From Alphaproteobacteria bacterium (GTDB lineage: Bacteria > Pseudomonadota > Alphaproteobacteria > UBA7887), in the NCBI GenBank assembly GCA_965216755.1, contig CBDCGL010000011.1:2336001-2400000 (forward strand): 64,000 nucleotides of DNA. Reading direction: 5' to 3'. Positions 9,336 through 18,395 of the stretch are shown here, one piece after another. The position numbers and the translations under genes are program-made. Position 1 is the stretch's first letter; the number at the start of each line of letters is the position of its first letter. The notes beneath the pieces were generated by a model that was not told the DNA's origin, did no database searches, and saw only the letters and a list, made by a program, of their open reading frames with translations.

Positions 9336-10571
9336 ATGCAGCACGACCCTGGAGCGCTGAACCAGGAGCATTTCCTGGTCGAAACAGCCCGGCGGCTCAA
9401 AAATGGAGCGGCCGAACGCTGCGCTGTGTTTATCCATTTGTCCAAACTGCACCCCAGCCGCCGCCAACCGTGCCACTTGCGCATCGCCAGCGAAACGGTC
9501 AAGCCGCTCGCAGATAGACATCAAGGCCAGATCTTTGCGCTTGGTAATTTCGATCTGGTTCTGATTTTGCGCAACGCCCCACGGCAAGCGATCGACGAAA
9601 CGCTGACCAAATTGCGGCTTCTGTTTAGCCAAGATCCATTGGCTGACGGCATGCCAGGCGGTGAACCCGGGCAATTGGCGACAAGCTACGACCTCGCGCA
9701 TGACTATGGCGGTTTCGTGGCTACCGCCGAGCGCGCCTTCAAGAACGCGCAAAAAAGGGTTCACGAAGCCACGGGAACATCAGATCCGGCACAGGGTCCG
9801 ACGCCGCTCTCACTCAAAGCCCTTCCGCGCCTGGTCGACGCCATCGGCGGTGCCGATATCAGCGCCATGGTGCGCAGGCAATCGGTCTGCGTCGCCGTTG
9901 ACGCCAATATGCCGTCACCAGTCTTCCAGGAGGCACGGGTGCACATCCCGGAAATTGGGCGACAATTGATGCCGGGCGTGGATCTCGAAGCCGACCCTTG
10001 GCTCGGCCATTTGGTACGGCGCGCCGCAAACAACCGTCTGTTTGCATGGCTGATGCGGTTTGAGTTGTCGCCGGAGATGGATCCGATAAGCGTCGATTGC
10101 TCAACAGACTTGTTGCTCTCGGATGTATTCAGCAGCTTCGATACCTCGATCCCGGCCGCGACAAAAAAGAGAATATTGTTTGAACTCAGTAATTTAGATG
10201 CATTTGCGGACCTCGGCTCAATGATTTTCGCGCGCGAGATGCTGCACGCGCGCGGCTACCGCACTGTCTTGGATGGCCTGACACACAACACATTGCCCTA
10301 TATCGACCGCCATCGTTTGCCGTTTGATTTCCTCAAACTGCGATGGGGCCCGGATTTTGAGAACGATTTGCGCCAATCCGACTTTGATCTCCTCTCAGAG
10401 ACCATTGAAGCCGCCGGCACGTCGCGCGTTATCCTCTACGAATGCGAATCGGCCCGCAGCCTCGATTGCGGCCGCGAACTCGGCATCACCTTGTTCCAAG
10501 GTCCGTATATTGAATCCTTGCGGCGGCGGGCGCCGAAGGCCGCATCTCACAGCGTCGCGCATCCGGCATGA
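9336..10571 (+). CDS. Degenerate EAL-domain protein
   Basis: C-terminal EAL-fold remnants (ILFEL, GYRTVLDG, DFLKL, GITLFQG); no EAL or DDFGTG motif. Confidence 0.65.
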   Translation: MQHDPGALNQEHFLVETARRLKNGAAERCAVFIHLSKLHPSRRQPCHLRIASETVKPLADRHQGQIFALGNFDLVLILRNAPRQAIDETLTKLRLLFSQDPLADGMPGGEPGQLATSYDLAHDYGGFVATAERAFKNAQKRVHEATGTSDPAQGPTPLSLKALPRLVDAIGGADISAMVRRQSVCVAVDANMPSPVFQEARVHIPEIGRQLMPGVDLEADPWLGHLVRRAANNRLFAWLMRFELSPEMDPISVDCSTDLLLSDVFSSFDTSIPAATKKRILFELSNLDAFADLGSMIFAREMLHARGYRTVLDGLTHNTLPYIDRHRLPFDFLKLRWGPDFENDLRQSDFDLLSETIEAAGTSRVILYECESARSLDCGRELGITLFQGPYIESLRRRAPKAASHSVAHPA

Positions 10572-12022
10572 AAGACCACCGGATCACCGGCACGGTCACC
10601 GCCCGTATGGCGCCGCCCGTCGAGCGGGAAGATGTTCCCGAAATGCTCGATTGCCACGTCAAATGGCTCACCAACAAACGTGGCGGGGTCCGGGCTCGGT
10701 TCGGACCGACAAAGCTACACGGCATCGATTTGGCCGGCGCCGACCTGCGCAATGCAGACCTTGACCAAGCTGATCTCAGCCACGCCGATTTGACTGGCAC
10801 CGATTTGTCCTTCGCCAGTTTGGTCGGCACCAACTTGACCGGCGCGTCGCTGCGCCATGCGGTTTTGGCCAGTGCCAACCTGAACGGCGTCGACCTGGCC
10901 GACGCCGACCTCACCCGCGCCGACTTGACCGATGCAAATCTTCGCGATGGCGTCTTGGCTGGCGCCAATTTGTCGGACACCATTTCGCTTCTATCCACGG
11001 ATCTCAGCCGATCGAATTTGCGCGGCGCCACGCTTGTTGACGCCAAGCTGACCCATGCCGATTTCACCCACGCCGATTTGAGTCAATGCGATCTGACCCG
11101 CGCCAATTTGACCGGTGCCAGCCTCGACCATTGCAAGCTCGTCGACGCACGCCTGACGGCGGCGGATCTGAGCGGCGCCAGCTTGCGCGCCGCGAACCTG
11201 AACGGCGCCAGCCTTCGGAGCACAAAGCTCACCGGTACAAATCTGGACGGCGCGGAACTCGCGGGTGCGGATATCAGCGAACCGAAACCGGTGTCAAAAC
11301 GTGAACTTGCCAAAATCGTCGAGGCCCATGGCCGCTGGCTGGCCCAGCAAGGTGGCGCCCGCGCCGTGCTCGCCGGCCGTGACCTGAGCGGCCAGGAACT
11401 GACGGGCATCAATCTCAGCGGCGCGGACCTGTCTGACGCCAAGCTTGACGACGCGGATCTGCGCGGCGCGTTTCTGATCCTCAGCGACCTGCGCGGCGCC
11501 AATTTGAGCCGAACAAATCTGGAAAATGCCCATATCGGCGGCGCGCGTCTGAGCCACAGCTCGCTGCAGGCAGCCAAATTGGATGGCGCCGACCTCGGCC
11601 CGGTGGAACTGGTGGGCGAATTCGCCGATGCAGGCGCCGGCAAGCGCGCGGCCAATCTGAAGGAATGCGATCTCAGCGGCGTCAGCGCACTAGGGACGAA
11701 CTTTGCTGGCGCCAATCTGTCTTATGCGAAACTGACCCGCGCAGATTTGAACAACGCCAACTTGGGGCGAACAAACTTGGTCGGCACCAATCTGGATCAA
11801 GCCAAATTAGACGGCGCCGACCTCACGGCGGCCATAATGATCGGTGCCAATTTCGCCACCGCAAGCTTGGTCGGCGCGGTCCTTGATCGCGCCAATCTCA
11901 CCGGCGCCGACCTTGGCACCGCCAATTTTGAAGGCGCCAAAATCGCCAAAATCGTGCCTAGCGCAGCGGGCGACGATATCACCAAGAAAAACGCCCCACA
12001 GCGCGGCCGCTCGTCAGTCTAG
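10568..12022 (+). CDS. Pentapeptide repeat protein
   Basis: Extensive A(D/N)Lxx repeats in two modules, each led by H-x2-WL-x3/4-GG-x-RA. Confidence 0.92.
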   Translation: MKDHRITGTVTARMAPPVEREDVPEMLDCHVKWLTNKRGGVRARFGPTKLHGIDLAGADLRNADLDQADLSHADLTGTDLSFASLVGTNLTGASLRHAVLASANLNGVDLADADLTRADLTDANLRDGVLAGANLSDTISLLSTDLSRSNLRGATLVDAKLTHADFTHADLSQCDLTRANLTGASLDHCKLVDARLTAADLSGASLRAANLNGASLRSTKLTGTNLDGAELAGADISEPKPVSKRELAKIVEAHGRWLAQQGGARAVLAGRDLSGQELTGINLSGADLSDAKLDDADLRGAFLILSDLRGANLSRTNLENAHIGGARLSHSSLQAAKLDGADLGPVELVGEFADAGAGKRAANLKECDLSGVSALGTNFAGANLSYAKLTRADLNNANLGRTNLVGTNLDQAKLDGADLTAAIMIGANFATASLVGAVLDRANLTGADLGTANFEGAKIAKIVPSAAGDDITKKNAPQRGRSSV

Positions 12023-12843
12023 GCGGCCACCCATCCGTCCGGGCTCTGGCACACAAACAAATCTTCCTCTTTTGTGCTGCCATCGGGCAGTTTGACGATT
12101 TGCCGTATTGTCCGACACTTCTTGGTGCTGGAGACCGGTGCTTGGATCACCTCGCCTTCGGGTTTCGCAGACGCTGTTTTAGTGTCTATATCATCGACCG
12201 AAACCGGTTCTAGCAAGCTCGTGTGGACATATCCCGTGACAACGCCGCCTTGGCTGATCAGATACCACGGTTGGTCCGTCACTTTCCCGGCAACCTGCAC
12301 CTGCTGGCCCCGGCTGAGCTGCCCAACGGTCTTGTAATCGGTCGCGGGGCCACTCCGCACATTGACCGTGGCGCCTGTCGCGCGATAGGGCGCGCCGATC
12401 AGTTCGATCGGCGGAATCAACGCCACATTCTGCTTGGCCACTGGCATTTGCACGGTTTCTTGGCGTGTCGAATTGTCGACCACTTCGGCGCGCCCGGATA
12501 CGTCGGCATCGGGATTGCGCCAAGTCTGGGTTTGCCCGGTGACCGCCGCGGTTTGCGCCGCCTCGGCCGCGCGCTTCTGATCTTGCGCATCCAGATAACC
12601 ACCGATCTGATAGCCGACCCAGGCGCCTACAGCGGCGCCGGCGACCCCGGCGATCAACCGGACCGTGTTCGATTCACCGATCTGCGCGCCAAGCAGACCA
12701 CCGGCGACGCCGCCGACCACGGCACCCACGGTCGCCTTGTCAACCTCACCCAAACCGCCACCTTGTTGACAAGCTTGCAGAGCCAGCACCAAGGCCAGTG
12801 CCGTGCCAATGCGCCAATGACGCCGATCCCACTGCTGCAACAT
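12019..12843 (-). CDS. Lipoprotein with glycine-zipper (17-kDa antigen-like) and bacterial SH3 domains
   Basis: Lipobox LQAC; GAVVGGVAGGLLGAQIG; VNVRSGPATDY...VGQL...WY...GYV. Confidence 0.8.
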   Translation of the reverse strand: MLQQWDRRHWRIGTALALVLALQACQQGGGLGEVDKATVGAVVGGVAGGLLGAQIGESNTVRLIAGVAGAAVGAWVGYQIGGYLDAQDQKRAAEAAQTAAVTGQTQTWRNPDADVSGRAEVVDNSTRQETVQMPVAKQNVALIPPIELIGAPYRATGATVNVRSGPATDYKTVGQLSRGQQVQVAGKVTDQPWYLISQGGVVTGYVHTSLLEPVSVDDIDTKTASAKPEGEVIQAPVSSTKKCRTIRQIVKLPDGSTKEEDLFVCQSPDGWVAA

Positions 12844-12873
12844 CAAGGTTCCTCCCAAATCGATGACGCCGGG

Positions 12874-13800
12874 CTATGCGGCCATAAGCGCCGCCACGTG
12901 CGCGGTTACCGAATGTGCGAGCGCCACCAGGTCATAGCCGCCCTCCAGCGTCGAAACGACGCGGCCGCCGCACACGGCCTCACTGATAGCGACGATCTCG
13001 CCGGTCAGCCAGCCAAAATCGTCTTCATGGAGCATCAATTGGGCCAAGGGGTCGGCGCGATGGCCATCAAAACCGGCTGAAATCAGGATCAACTCGGGCT
13101 CGAAATCCCGTAGGCGCGGTAAGCCGGCCTCGCGCCACACGGCGCGGAACGTCGCGCCGCCCGACATTGGCGACAACGGCATATTGACGATATTGCCAAG
13201 GCCGGTTTCTTCCGCCGCACCCGTGCCAGGATACAGCGGCATCTGATGGCTGCTGGCGAGCAACACGTTGGATTCCTCGGCGAAAATCGCCTGTGTGCCA
13301 TTGCCATGGTGAACATCGAAATCGACAATTGCGACACGGTTGACGCCGTGCGCGGCGCGGGCGTGAGCTGCGCCAATCGCGACGTTGTTGAACAGACAAA
13401 AGCCCATGGCGCGCGCCGGCTCAGCGTGATGGCCCGGCGGTCGGACGGCGCAAAACGCGCGCCGGTGCGTGCCCGTGATGGCACCGTCCACGGCCGCACA
13501 CAGAGCGCCCGCCGCCCGCAATGCTGCCTCGCCTGATCCGGCTGACACAATCGTATCGGAATCCAAGTTAAATCGACCGCTCTCGGGAATGTGATCAAGC
13601 AATCGCGTCCCATAGCCGGCGGCATGGACGCGATCAATCTGCTCCAACGTCGCGGGCGGGGCGTTTAGCCGATCCAAGCCTTCGAATCGGGCGTCTTGAA
13701 GGGCCTGACGCACGGCGTGCAGCCGCCGAGGGCTTTCCGGGTGGTGTTCACCCGGGTCGTGGCGCTCACAAGCAGGATGGCTGTACACCGCGGTCACCAT
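12874..13800 (-). CDS. Histone deacetylase family protein (AcuC/APAH-like)
   Basis: HPESPRRL, RPPGHHA, GFCLFNN, DFDVHHGNGT, SAGFDGH, LEGGY. Confidence 0.95.
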   Translation of the reverse strand: MVTAVYSHPACERHDPGEHHPESPRRLHAVRQALQDARFEGLDRLNAPPATLEQIDRVHAAGYGTRLLDHIPESGRFNLDSDTIVSAGSGEAALRAAGALCAAVDGAITGTHRRAFCAVRPPGHHAEPARAMGFCLFNNVAIGAAHARAAHGVNRVAIVDFDVHHGNGTQAIFAEESNVLLASSHQMPLYPGTGAAEETGLGNIVNMPLSPMSGGATFRAVWREAGLPRLRDFEPELILISAGFDGHRADPLAQLMLHEDDFGWLTGEIVAISEAVCGGRVVSTLEGGYDLVALAHSVTAHVAALMAA

Positions 13801-13932
13801 TAACGTCGCCCCCTCTCGTCTCGGCCCCAACCATGCTATACGCGCGGCCAGCGGTTGCAAGCAAAGCGCTTGCGGCATCTGTGACTTATTCAATAACTTG
13901 CGCAATCAAAAAATAGATGAGGAGCGCCTCAC

Positions 13933-15102
13933 GTGGGCCGTCATATTGTTTCGCTGGCTGGGCAGATAGTCGCGGTGGTGGTTATCGGCATCGCGCTTTA
14001 CTATGGCTGGCAAAATCGCGCAGAACTGCCGCTGGTTGGTGGCTGGTTCGGCGATGCACAGACGGCCGCAGCAGACGGCCCGGCGCGCCCGCCGACGCCC
14101 GTTGACGTGGCGCTCGCCAAGGCGGGCTCGGTGATCGTGACCGTGGAGGCGGTCGGCACGGCCCGCGCCAACGAAGCTGTGACCGTTTCGTCTGAGGTCA
14201 TGGGCATCATTGCCGAGGTGCGCTTTGAAGAAGGCCAAGATGTCGAAGCCGGCGATGTCTTGATTGATTTTGAATCGAGCGTCGAGCGCGCCGAAGTCGA
14301 AGTCCGTCAGGCGGAAGTCGCGGTGCGAAGTGCTGAATTGCAGAACGCCCAGCAATTGTTCGACCGCGCGCGCCAACTGATCGAGACCCAAAATGTACCG
14401 ATGGCGCGCGTTGACGAGCTGGAGGCGGGATTGCAGGCCGCGAAGGCCGCCTTGCGTTCGTCGGAAGCGTCGCTAAAGGCGGCACGTGCGCGCCTGATCA
14501 AGCAACGGGTTGTGGCACCATTCGGCGGCCGTCTTGGCATTCGCCATGTCAGTCAGGGCGCCTTGATCGAACCGGGCGATCCAATCGTTACATTGGACGA
14601 CATCGCGACCGTCAAACTGGATTTCCAGATCCCCGAAAGAAATATAGCCAACATCCGCGTCGGCCAGGAAATCAGCGCGCAATCGCAGGCCTATCCCGGC
14701 AAGGTGTTCTTTGGCGTCGTAAAGTCCATCGATACCCGCGTCGACCCGGTGACCCGGGCCGTGACCGTGCGTGCCGGCATCGATAATCAAGACGACTTGC
14801 TGAAGCCGGGAATGTTCTTGTTGGTCGAGTTGGGTGTAGATACGCGACACGAGGCGGTACTGATCCCTGAAGAAGCGATTGTCGCCGATGGTACGGTCCG
14901 TTTCGTCTATGTGGTGGCCGATGGCGCCGCAATTCGAAAACCGGTGACCTTGGGCCAGCGCCAACCCGGCGAAGTCGAGGTTTTGTCTGGTGTCGCGGCC
15001 GGCGACCAAGTCATCATCGGCGGCATTCAAAAAGTGCGCGACGGTGCACCGGTGGCGGCGCGTACCGCGACCGCGGATCAAGAGGACGATTCGACAAGTT
15101 AG
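13933..15102 (+). CDS. RND efflux periplasmic adaptor (MFP)
   Basis: N-terminal TM, lipoyl-like halves, coiled-coil hairpin, APFGGRLG, LKPGMF. Confidence 0.93.
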   Translation: MGRHIVSLAGQIVAVVVIGIALYYGWQNRAELPLVGGWFGDAQTAAADGPARPPTPVDVALAKAGSVIVTVEAVGTARANEAVTVSSEVMGIIAEVRFEEGQDVEAGDVLIDFESSVERAEVEVRQAEVAVRSAELQNAQQLFDRARQLIETQNVPMARVDELEAGLQAAKAALRSSEASLKAARARLIKQRVVAPFGGRLGIRHVSQGALIEPGDPIVTLDDIATVKLDFQIPERNIANIRVGQEISAQSQAYPGKVFFGVVKSIDTRVDPVTRAVTVRAGIDNQDDLLKPGMFLLVELGVDTRHEAVLIPEEAIVADGTVRFVYVVADGAAIRKPVTLGQRQPGEVEVLSGVAAGDQVIIGGIQKVRDGAPVAARTATADQEDDSTS

Positions 15103-15117
15103 TGTCTTTAGAATTCC

Positions 15118-15200
15118 AGTGACAGTTTACTAAATACACTGCACTTCGTATGGCCCTTCTCAAGAACCGCTTGATATTGCGTATTTAGTAAACTGTCACC
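15118..15200. repeat. Palindromic intergenic element, copy 2
   Basis: (A)GTGACAGTTTACTAAATAC (15118-15137) and GTATTTAGTAAACTGTCACC (15181-15200); same termini as 1107-1188 but a different core. Confidence 0.9.
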
Positions 15201-15229
15201 AGATTGGATTTTGAGGTAAGATTGGCACC

Positions 15230-18200
15230 ATGGTGCTCTCGGACGTATCGATCAAGCGGCCCGTCTTTGCGACGGTTTTGAGTCTGATCTTGGTGATTTT
15301 TGGCCTGTTCGCGTTTCAACGGCTGGCTATTCGCGAATATCCGGACATCGATCCGCCGACCGTATCCGTCGTCACCCTGTACAAGGGGGCGTCGGCGCAG
15401 ATTATCGAAACTCAAGTAACTCAGATCCTTGAGGAAGCGGTCTCGGGCATCGAAGGCGTCAAGCAAATTACGTCGAAAAGCCGCGAAGAGCGGTCGCAAG
15501 TCGATATCGAATTTGTCCTTAATCGTGATGTTGACAGTGCCGCCAACGATGTTCGCGACAAAGTGGCGCGGGTGGTCGGCGAACTGCCGTTGGACGTGGA
15601 AACGCCAATCGTGTCCAAGGTCCAAGCCGATGCCAGCCCGATGTTGTGGATCGCGCTGACCAGCGATGAATGGAACGCCATAGAGCTCAGCGATTACGCT
15701 GATCGGTTTTTGCTCGATCGGTTTTCCATCGTGCCGGGCGTCGCCGCCGCGATCATAGGCGGCGAACGAAAACCGGCCATGCGCATATGGCTGGACCGCC
15801 GGGCGATGGCGGCGCGCGAAATCACCGTCGGCGATATTGAAGCCGCGTTGAGAGCGCAAAATGTCGAGCTGCCCTCGGGACGTATCGAATCGAACCTACG
15901 CGAATTCACGGTGCGCACTGAATCCGGCCTGGTCACGGCGGATGAATTTCGCAATGTGGTGGTCAAGGAAAAGGATGGCTTCCTGCTGCGGCTTGGCGAG
16001 GTGGCGGAGGTCGAGTACGGCACCGAGGAACTGCGCTATGAAGTGCGTGCCAACGGCGAAGCCGCCATCGGTATCGGTATCGCCAAGCAATCGAAAGCCA
16101 ACGAACTGGAGATTGCTCAGGGCATTCACGCGGAAATCGCAAAGGTACGCCCGTCCCTGCCACGCCAGGTCAAAATGGAAGTGGCCTACGACCGGTCGCG
16201 GTTCGTGTCGGCGTCAATCGACGAGGTGTTCCACGCCTTGGGCATTGCATTGTGCCTGGTGATCGCGGTCATCTTTCTGTTCTTGCGCGGCTTGCGCGCA
16301 ACATTGATACCCGCTGTCGCGATCCCGGTGTCGTTGACCGCCTCGTTCATGGTGCTCGCGGCGATGGGCTACTCGATCAATGTGCTGACCTTGCTGGCCT
16401 ATGTGCTGGCGGTCGGCCTGGTCGTCGACGATGCCATCGTTGTATTGGAAAACATCCATCGTCGGATCGAGCTTGGCGAGCCCGTGTTGCTGGCCGCGGT
16501 TCGCGGCGCGCGGCAAATCGGCTTCGCGGTGATCGCGACGACTTTGGCCCTGGTCGCGGTGTTTATCCCGATTTCTTTGATGACCGGCAATACGGGACGA
16601 CTGTTTTCCGAATTCGGCGTTTCCGTTGCCGCCGCGGTAATTTTCTCAGGGCTGGTGGCGCTCACCCTGACGCCGATGATGTGTTCCAAGCTGCTACGCC
16701 CGGCGGAGAACGAAGGCGCCTTCTACAAGGTGACGGAATATTTCTTTGTTGCGCTCAACCGTGGTTATGGCTGGCTTCTCGACCGCGCCTTGTCGCTGCC
16801 GGTGATTATGATCGCGCTCGCCGTCGGCGTGTCGCTGATCGCCAAAGTCTTCTACGACAATATCAATCAGGAGTTTGCGCCGACCGAAGATCGGGGCGTG
16901 TTCCTGGTCGTGCTGAGCGCGCCAGAAGGGGCGACGATCGACTACACCCGCGCCTATCTGATCGAAGCCGAGCAAAAGATGCAGTATTTGCTCGATAGCG
17001 AAGAAGCCACGACCATTTTTGGCGTTGTCGCCCCGGGGTTAAGCCGGCCGAGCCCGGTCAATTTCGCCATCGCCTTTGTCGTTTTGTCGCCATGGGAAGA
17101 GCGCGAGCGCAAACAACAACAGATCGTCGCCGAGTTGTTCCCGCAACTGCTTGGCATTCCAGGCGCCAACGTGTTTGCCATCAACCCGCCCAGTCTGAAC
17201 CAACCGGGCCGCAAGACGCCGGTGCAATTTGTCCTTGGCGGTCCCAGCTATGACATGCTGCGCGACTGGAGTCAGACGATTCTGGAAGGCGCCAGGGAAA
17301 ACCCGAAGCTGCTGAGCCCGGACTCCGATTTCAAGGAAACCAAACCCGAACTTAAGGTTGATATCGATCGCGACCGTGCCGCCGATCTGGGCGTTTCAGT
17401 CCAGAAAATTGGACGGGCCCTGGAAGCGATGCTCGGGTCGCGTGTTGTCGGGACCTTGAACGACCGCGGCGTACAATATGACGTAATCTTGCAGGCCATC
17501 GTGACCGATCGTGCAACGCCACGCGATCTGACCAACATTTATGAGCGTTCAGAGACCAGCGGCCGGCTGGTACCGCTGAGCAATTTGGTCAACGTGACCG
17601 AAACCGCCGGGCCAAAGGAACTCAATCGCGTCGACCGCATGCGCGCCGTCACCATTTCCGCGTCACTTGCGCCCGGACATACCTTGGGCGAAGCGCTGGC
17701 TTATTTGGACAATCTGGCAAAAACCCGCCTGCCGGCCGAAGCGCGCATCAGCTATGGCGGTCAATCGCGAGAATTTCGCGATTCCTCCAGCTCGTTGGCG
17801 CTGACATTCCTGTTGGCGGTGGTCATTATTTTCTTGGTCTTGGGCGCCCAATTTGAAAGCTTTGTGCACCCGTTCATCATTCTCTTGTCGGTGCCGTTGG
17901 CAGTGACCGGGGCGCTCGGCACCTTGCTGCTGACCGGGATCACCCTCAACATCTACAGCCAAATCGGTATGGTGATGCTGATCGGATTGGTGGCGAAGAA
18001 TGCAATTCTGATTGTCGAATTTGCAAACCAATTGCGCGAGCAAGGATTCTCGGTACGCGAAGCGGTGCACAAATCAGCGGTGGCGCGATTGCGGCCGATT
18101 TTGATGACGACGATCGCCACCGTCTTTGGCGCCGTGCCAATCGCCCTTGCGACCGGCGCCGGCGCCGAGAGCCGGTCGTCGATCGGTTGGGTGATCATCG

Positions 18201-18367
18201 GTGGCGTGACCTTTTCGACCGTGTTGTCGCTGTTCGTGGTGCCGGTGCTCTATATGCTTCTGGCGCGATTCACCAAGCCATCCAGTTTTGTCGCCGACCG
18301 CTTGCGGACCCTGGAATCCGAACACGGTACCGCGCCCGGGGAAGCCGCGCCGGCACCAGCAGAGTGA
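15230..18367 (+). CDS. RND efflux permease (AcrB/MdtB family)
   Basis: 1045 aa; IKRPVFA, GLVVDDAIVVLEN, KNAILIVEFA, RLRPILMTT. Confidence 0.96.
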   Translation: MVLSDVSIKRPVFATVLSLILVIFGLFAFQRLAIREYPDIDPPTVSVVTLYKGASAQIIETQVTQILEEAVSGIEGVKQITSKSREERSQVDIEFVLNRDVDSAANDVRDKVARVVGELPLDVETPIVSKVQADASPMLWIALTSDEWNAIELSDYADRFLLDRFSIVPGVAAAIIGGERKPAMRIWLDRRAMAAREITVGDIEAALRAQNVELPSGRIESNLREFTVRTESGLVTADEFRNVVVKEKDGFLLRLGEVAEVEYGTEELRYEVRANGEAAIGIGIAKQSKANELEIAQGIHAEIAKVRPSLPRQVKMEVAYDRSRFVSASIDEVFHALGIALCLVIAVIFLFLRGLRATLIPAVAIPVSLTASFMVLAAMGYSINVLTLLAYVLAVGLVVDDAIVVLENIHRRIELGEPVLLAAVRGARQIGFAVIATTLALVAVFIPISLMTGNTGRLFSEFGVSVAAAVIFSGLVALTLTPMMCSKLLRPAENEGAFYKVTEYFFVALNRGYGWLLDRALSLPVIMIALAVGVSLIAKVFYDNINQEFAPTEDRGVFLVVLSAPEGATIDYTRAYLIEAEQKMQYLLDSEEATTIFGVVAPGLSRPSPVNFAIAFVVLSPWEERERKQQQIVAELFPQLLGIPGANVFAINPPSLNQPGRKTPVQFVLGGPSYDMLRDWSQTILEGARENPKLLSPDSDFKETKPELKVDIDRDRAADLGVSVQKIGRALEAMLGSRVVGTLNDRGVQYDVILQAIVTDRATPRDLTNIYERSETSGRLVPLSNLVNVTETAGPKELNRVDRMRAVTISASLAPGHTLGEALAYLDNLAKTRLPAEARISYGGQSREFRDSSSSLALTFLLAVVIIFLVLGAQFESFVHPFIILLSVPLAVTGALGTLLLTGITLNIYSQIGMVMLIGLVAKNAILIVEFANQLREQGFSVREAVHKSAVARLRPILMTTIATVFGAVPIALATGAGAESRSSIGWVIIGGVTFSTVLSLFVVPVLYMLLARFTKPSSFVADRLRTLESEHGTAPGEAAPAPAE

Positions 18368-18395
18368 CGCGCAAGTCGAACGCGATGAGTGACCG

